Source: Candidatus Saccharimonadales bacterium
GTDB lineage: Bacteria > Patescibacteriota > Saccharimonadia > Saccharimonadales > SZUA-47
DNA length: 64,000 nucleotides
Assembly (NCBI GenBank): GCA_038211855.1
Contig: JBBQVE010000001.1
Span: forward strand, 95,309-159,308
Direction of reading: 5' to 3'
The first letter of the stretch is position 1. Every line of letters starts with the position of its first letter. The translations under genes were made by a program, and so were the position numbers. Below are positions 62,829-64,000 of this stretch, one piece after another. The notes beneath the pieces were generated by a model. That model had not been told where the DNA came from. It saw nothing but the letters and a program-made list of their open reading frames with translations, and searched no databases.

Positions 62829-63242
62829 CTACAACACCTCCTTGGTCAAAAACTTGGTTTTGACAGGCAGTTTGTGGCCAGCGAGACGCATTGCTTCGCG
62901 TGCTATTTCTTCAGTGACACCACCCATTTCAAACAAAACGGTACCGGCTTGAACTTTGGCGACGAAAAACTCTGGGTTTCCCTTGCCTGAGCCCATTTTG
63001 ACATCTAATGGTTTACGAGTGACGGGGGTATGTGGGAAGATGCGGATCCAGATCTGACCACCGCGCTTAATATAGCGGGTCATAGCCTGACGTGAAGCCT
63101 CAATCTGACGGCTCGTGATGCGTTCGTTTTCTTGTGACTGAAGTGCGTATTCGCCAAAGGCAATCGTGTTGCAGCTGGTTGCGACGCCACGGTTCTTGCC
63201 TTTGCGTACTTTGCGGTACTTGGTTCGTGCTGGGACTAACAT
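62829..63242 (-). CDS. rplP: 50S ribosomal protein L16
   Basis: [19 protein letters not shown]. Confidence 0.97.
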   Translation of the reverse strand: MLVPARTKYRKVRKGKNRGVATSCNTIAFGEYALQSQENERITSRQIEASRQAMTRYIKRGGQIWIRIFPHTPVTRKPLDVKMGSGKGNPEFFVAKVQAGTVLFEMGGVTEEIAREAMRLAGHKLPVKTKFLTKEVL

Positions 63243-63871
63243 TACAGTGCCTCCCCCTTATAAATCCAGACTTTGACGCCGATAATGCCGGCGGCCGTCT
63301 TGGCTTTCACAGAAGCGAAGTCGATGTCAGCGCGAATCGTATGAAGCGGAACACTGCCCTCAACAGTTTTTTCGCGGCGGGACATTTCAGCGCCGTTCAA
63401 ACGACCAGCGACTTCAATACGGATACCTTTGGCACCGGCGCGCATGGTTGCACCTGCAGCCGACTTGGTAGCACGACGGAAAGCAATGCGGCGTTCAAGT
63501 TGGTGGGCGATATTCTCGCCAACTAATTTGGCATACATTTCTGGCTTCTTAATTTCTTCGATATTCACGCGGGTTGGCATACCATAGATTTTCTCAATAG
63601 CAGCTTTTAACTCTTGTGCTCCTGCACCACCACGACCAATGACGACACCGGCTTTGGCGGTCTGGATCGTTACGCTTGCCAAGTTTGGTGAGCGTTCGAT
63701 GTCGACTTTGTTGATGCTAGCACGGGTACCGAGTTTGTTGATGATGAGGCGGCGAACTGCCAAGTCATCTGTCAGGAACTTGCGGTAATCCTTCTTGCTG
63801 GCGAACCAACGGCTGCGCCAGTCTTTGTTAACTTGCAGGCGCATGCTAATTGGATTTACTTTTTGTCCCAT
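63242..63871 (-). CDS. rpsC: 30S ribosomal protein S3
   Basis: [24 protein letters not shown]. Confidence 0.97.
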   Translation of the reverse strand: MGQKVNPISMRLQVNKDWRSRWFASKKDYRKFLTDDLAVRRLIINKLGTRASINKVDIERSPNLASVTIQTAKAGVVIGRGGAGAQELKAAIEKIYGMPTRVNIEEIKKPEMYAKLVGENIAHQLERRIAFRRATKSAAGATMRAGAKGIRIEVAGRLNGAEMSRREKTVEGSVPLHTIRADIDFASVKAKTAAGIIGVKVWIYKGEAL

Positions 63872-64000
63872 TATTTTGTCTCCTTTGCATCGGCATCGGC
63901 CTTATCGGCTGCTTTGACGGGCTTCTTGCGAACTTCGCCATCAACAGTTACGAAAATGTGTGCTGATTTACGCTGGAATGGTAGAGCTCGTCCCTGGGCT
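63871..64000 (-). CDS. rplV: 50S ribosomal protein L22, C-terminal part (5' end lies outside the window)
   Basis: Hand translation gives ...GRALPFQRKSAHIFVTVDGEVRKKPVKAADKADADAKETK*. Its TAA stop overlaps the rpsC ATG (TAATG). Confidence 0.85.
   Translation of the reverse strand, partial: AQGRALPFQRKSAHIFVTVDGEVRKKPVKAADKADADAKETK

Noticed and set aside
434-62863. Many long antisense or alternative-frame ORFs in the track (for example 5638..6162, 11638..12270, 32082..32720, 47841..48488, 50621..51175, 59799..60362, 61391..61984)
   Set aside because: Each lies entirely within a well-supported gene on the opposite strand or in another frame, and each has a low-complexity or biased composition. 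They are shadow ORFs.
1-64000. CRISPR arrays, rRNA genes, prophage structural genes
   Set aside because: None seen. There are no regularly spaced direct repeats other than the four cassette-end repeats, and no rRNA-like conserved stretches.

Overview
The window is a gene-dense bacterial chromosome segment, mostly minus-strand and of moderate GC. My inference, without a database search, is a reduced-genome Candidate Phyla Radiation bacterium resembling Saccharibacteria/TM7. Supporting signs: the S10-spc-alpha ribosomal cluster (rplV to rpsI, 52.6-64 kb) has no L30, adk or map; several ribosomal proteins carry Lys/Ala-rich extensions; the nucleotide-salvage genes are compact; and a free-standing LAGLIDADG-like gene sits among tRNAs.

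The core content falls into four groups:
- Replication and repair: cysS, nrnA-like, recR, ybaB, dnaB, dnaX, tdk.
- Transcription and translation: rplJL, a scattered rpmG / secE-nusG / rplK / rplA set, typA, holB, rluD-like, trpS.
- A dCTP deaminase-like gene next to a Tmk-ThyX fusion.
- An alpha-glucan cluster (GT4-GH57-GH15).

The accessory content is:
- A complete IS1595-family element (25-bp inverted repeats, 8-bp target duplication) carrying cargo that includes an atypical tRNA-like gene.
- A roughly 2.1-kb low-GC islet downstream of tRNA-Trp, organised as four cassette-like units. Each unit is closed by the same 31-35 nt repeat.

The most interesting signal is three candidate leader-peptide transcription attenuators on the minus strand:
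- A Leu-codon mini-ORF precedes a leuA-like gene.
- A paralogous Val/Ile/Thr-codon mini-ORF precedes two unknown genes.
- An aromatic-codon mini-ORF precedes a prephenate-dehydratase-derived ACT-domain gene.

Each has mutually exclusive helices and a hairpin plus U-tract just before the regulated start codon.

Two other notable observations:
- A sigma-70-family gene is interrupted by one in-frame UGA at a conserved region-1.2 position.
- A TGnTATAAT motif followed by 6-9 nt and then ATG recurs, implying leaderless mRNAs.

All functional calls come from motif recognition by eye; no searches or folding programs were run.
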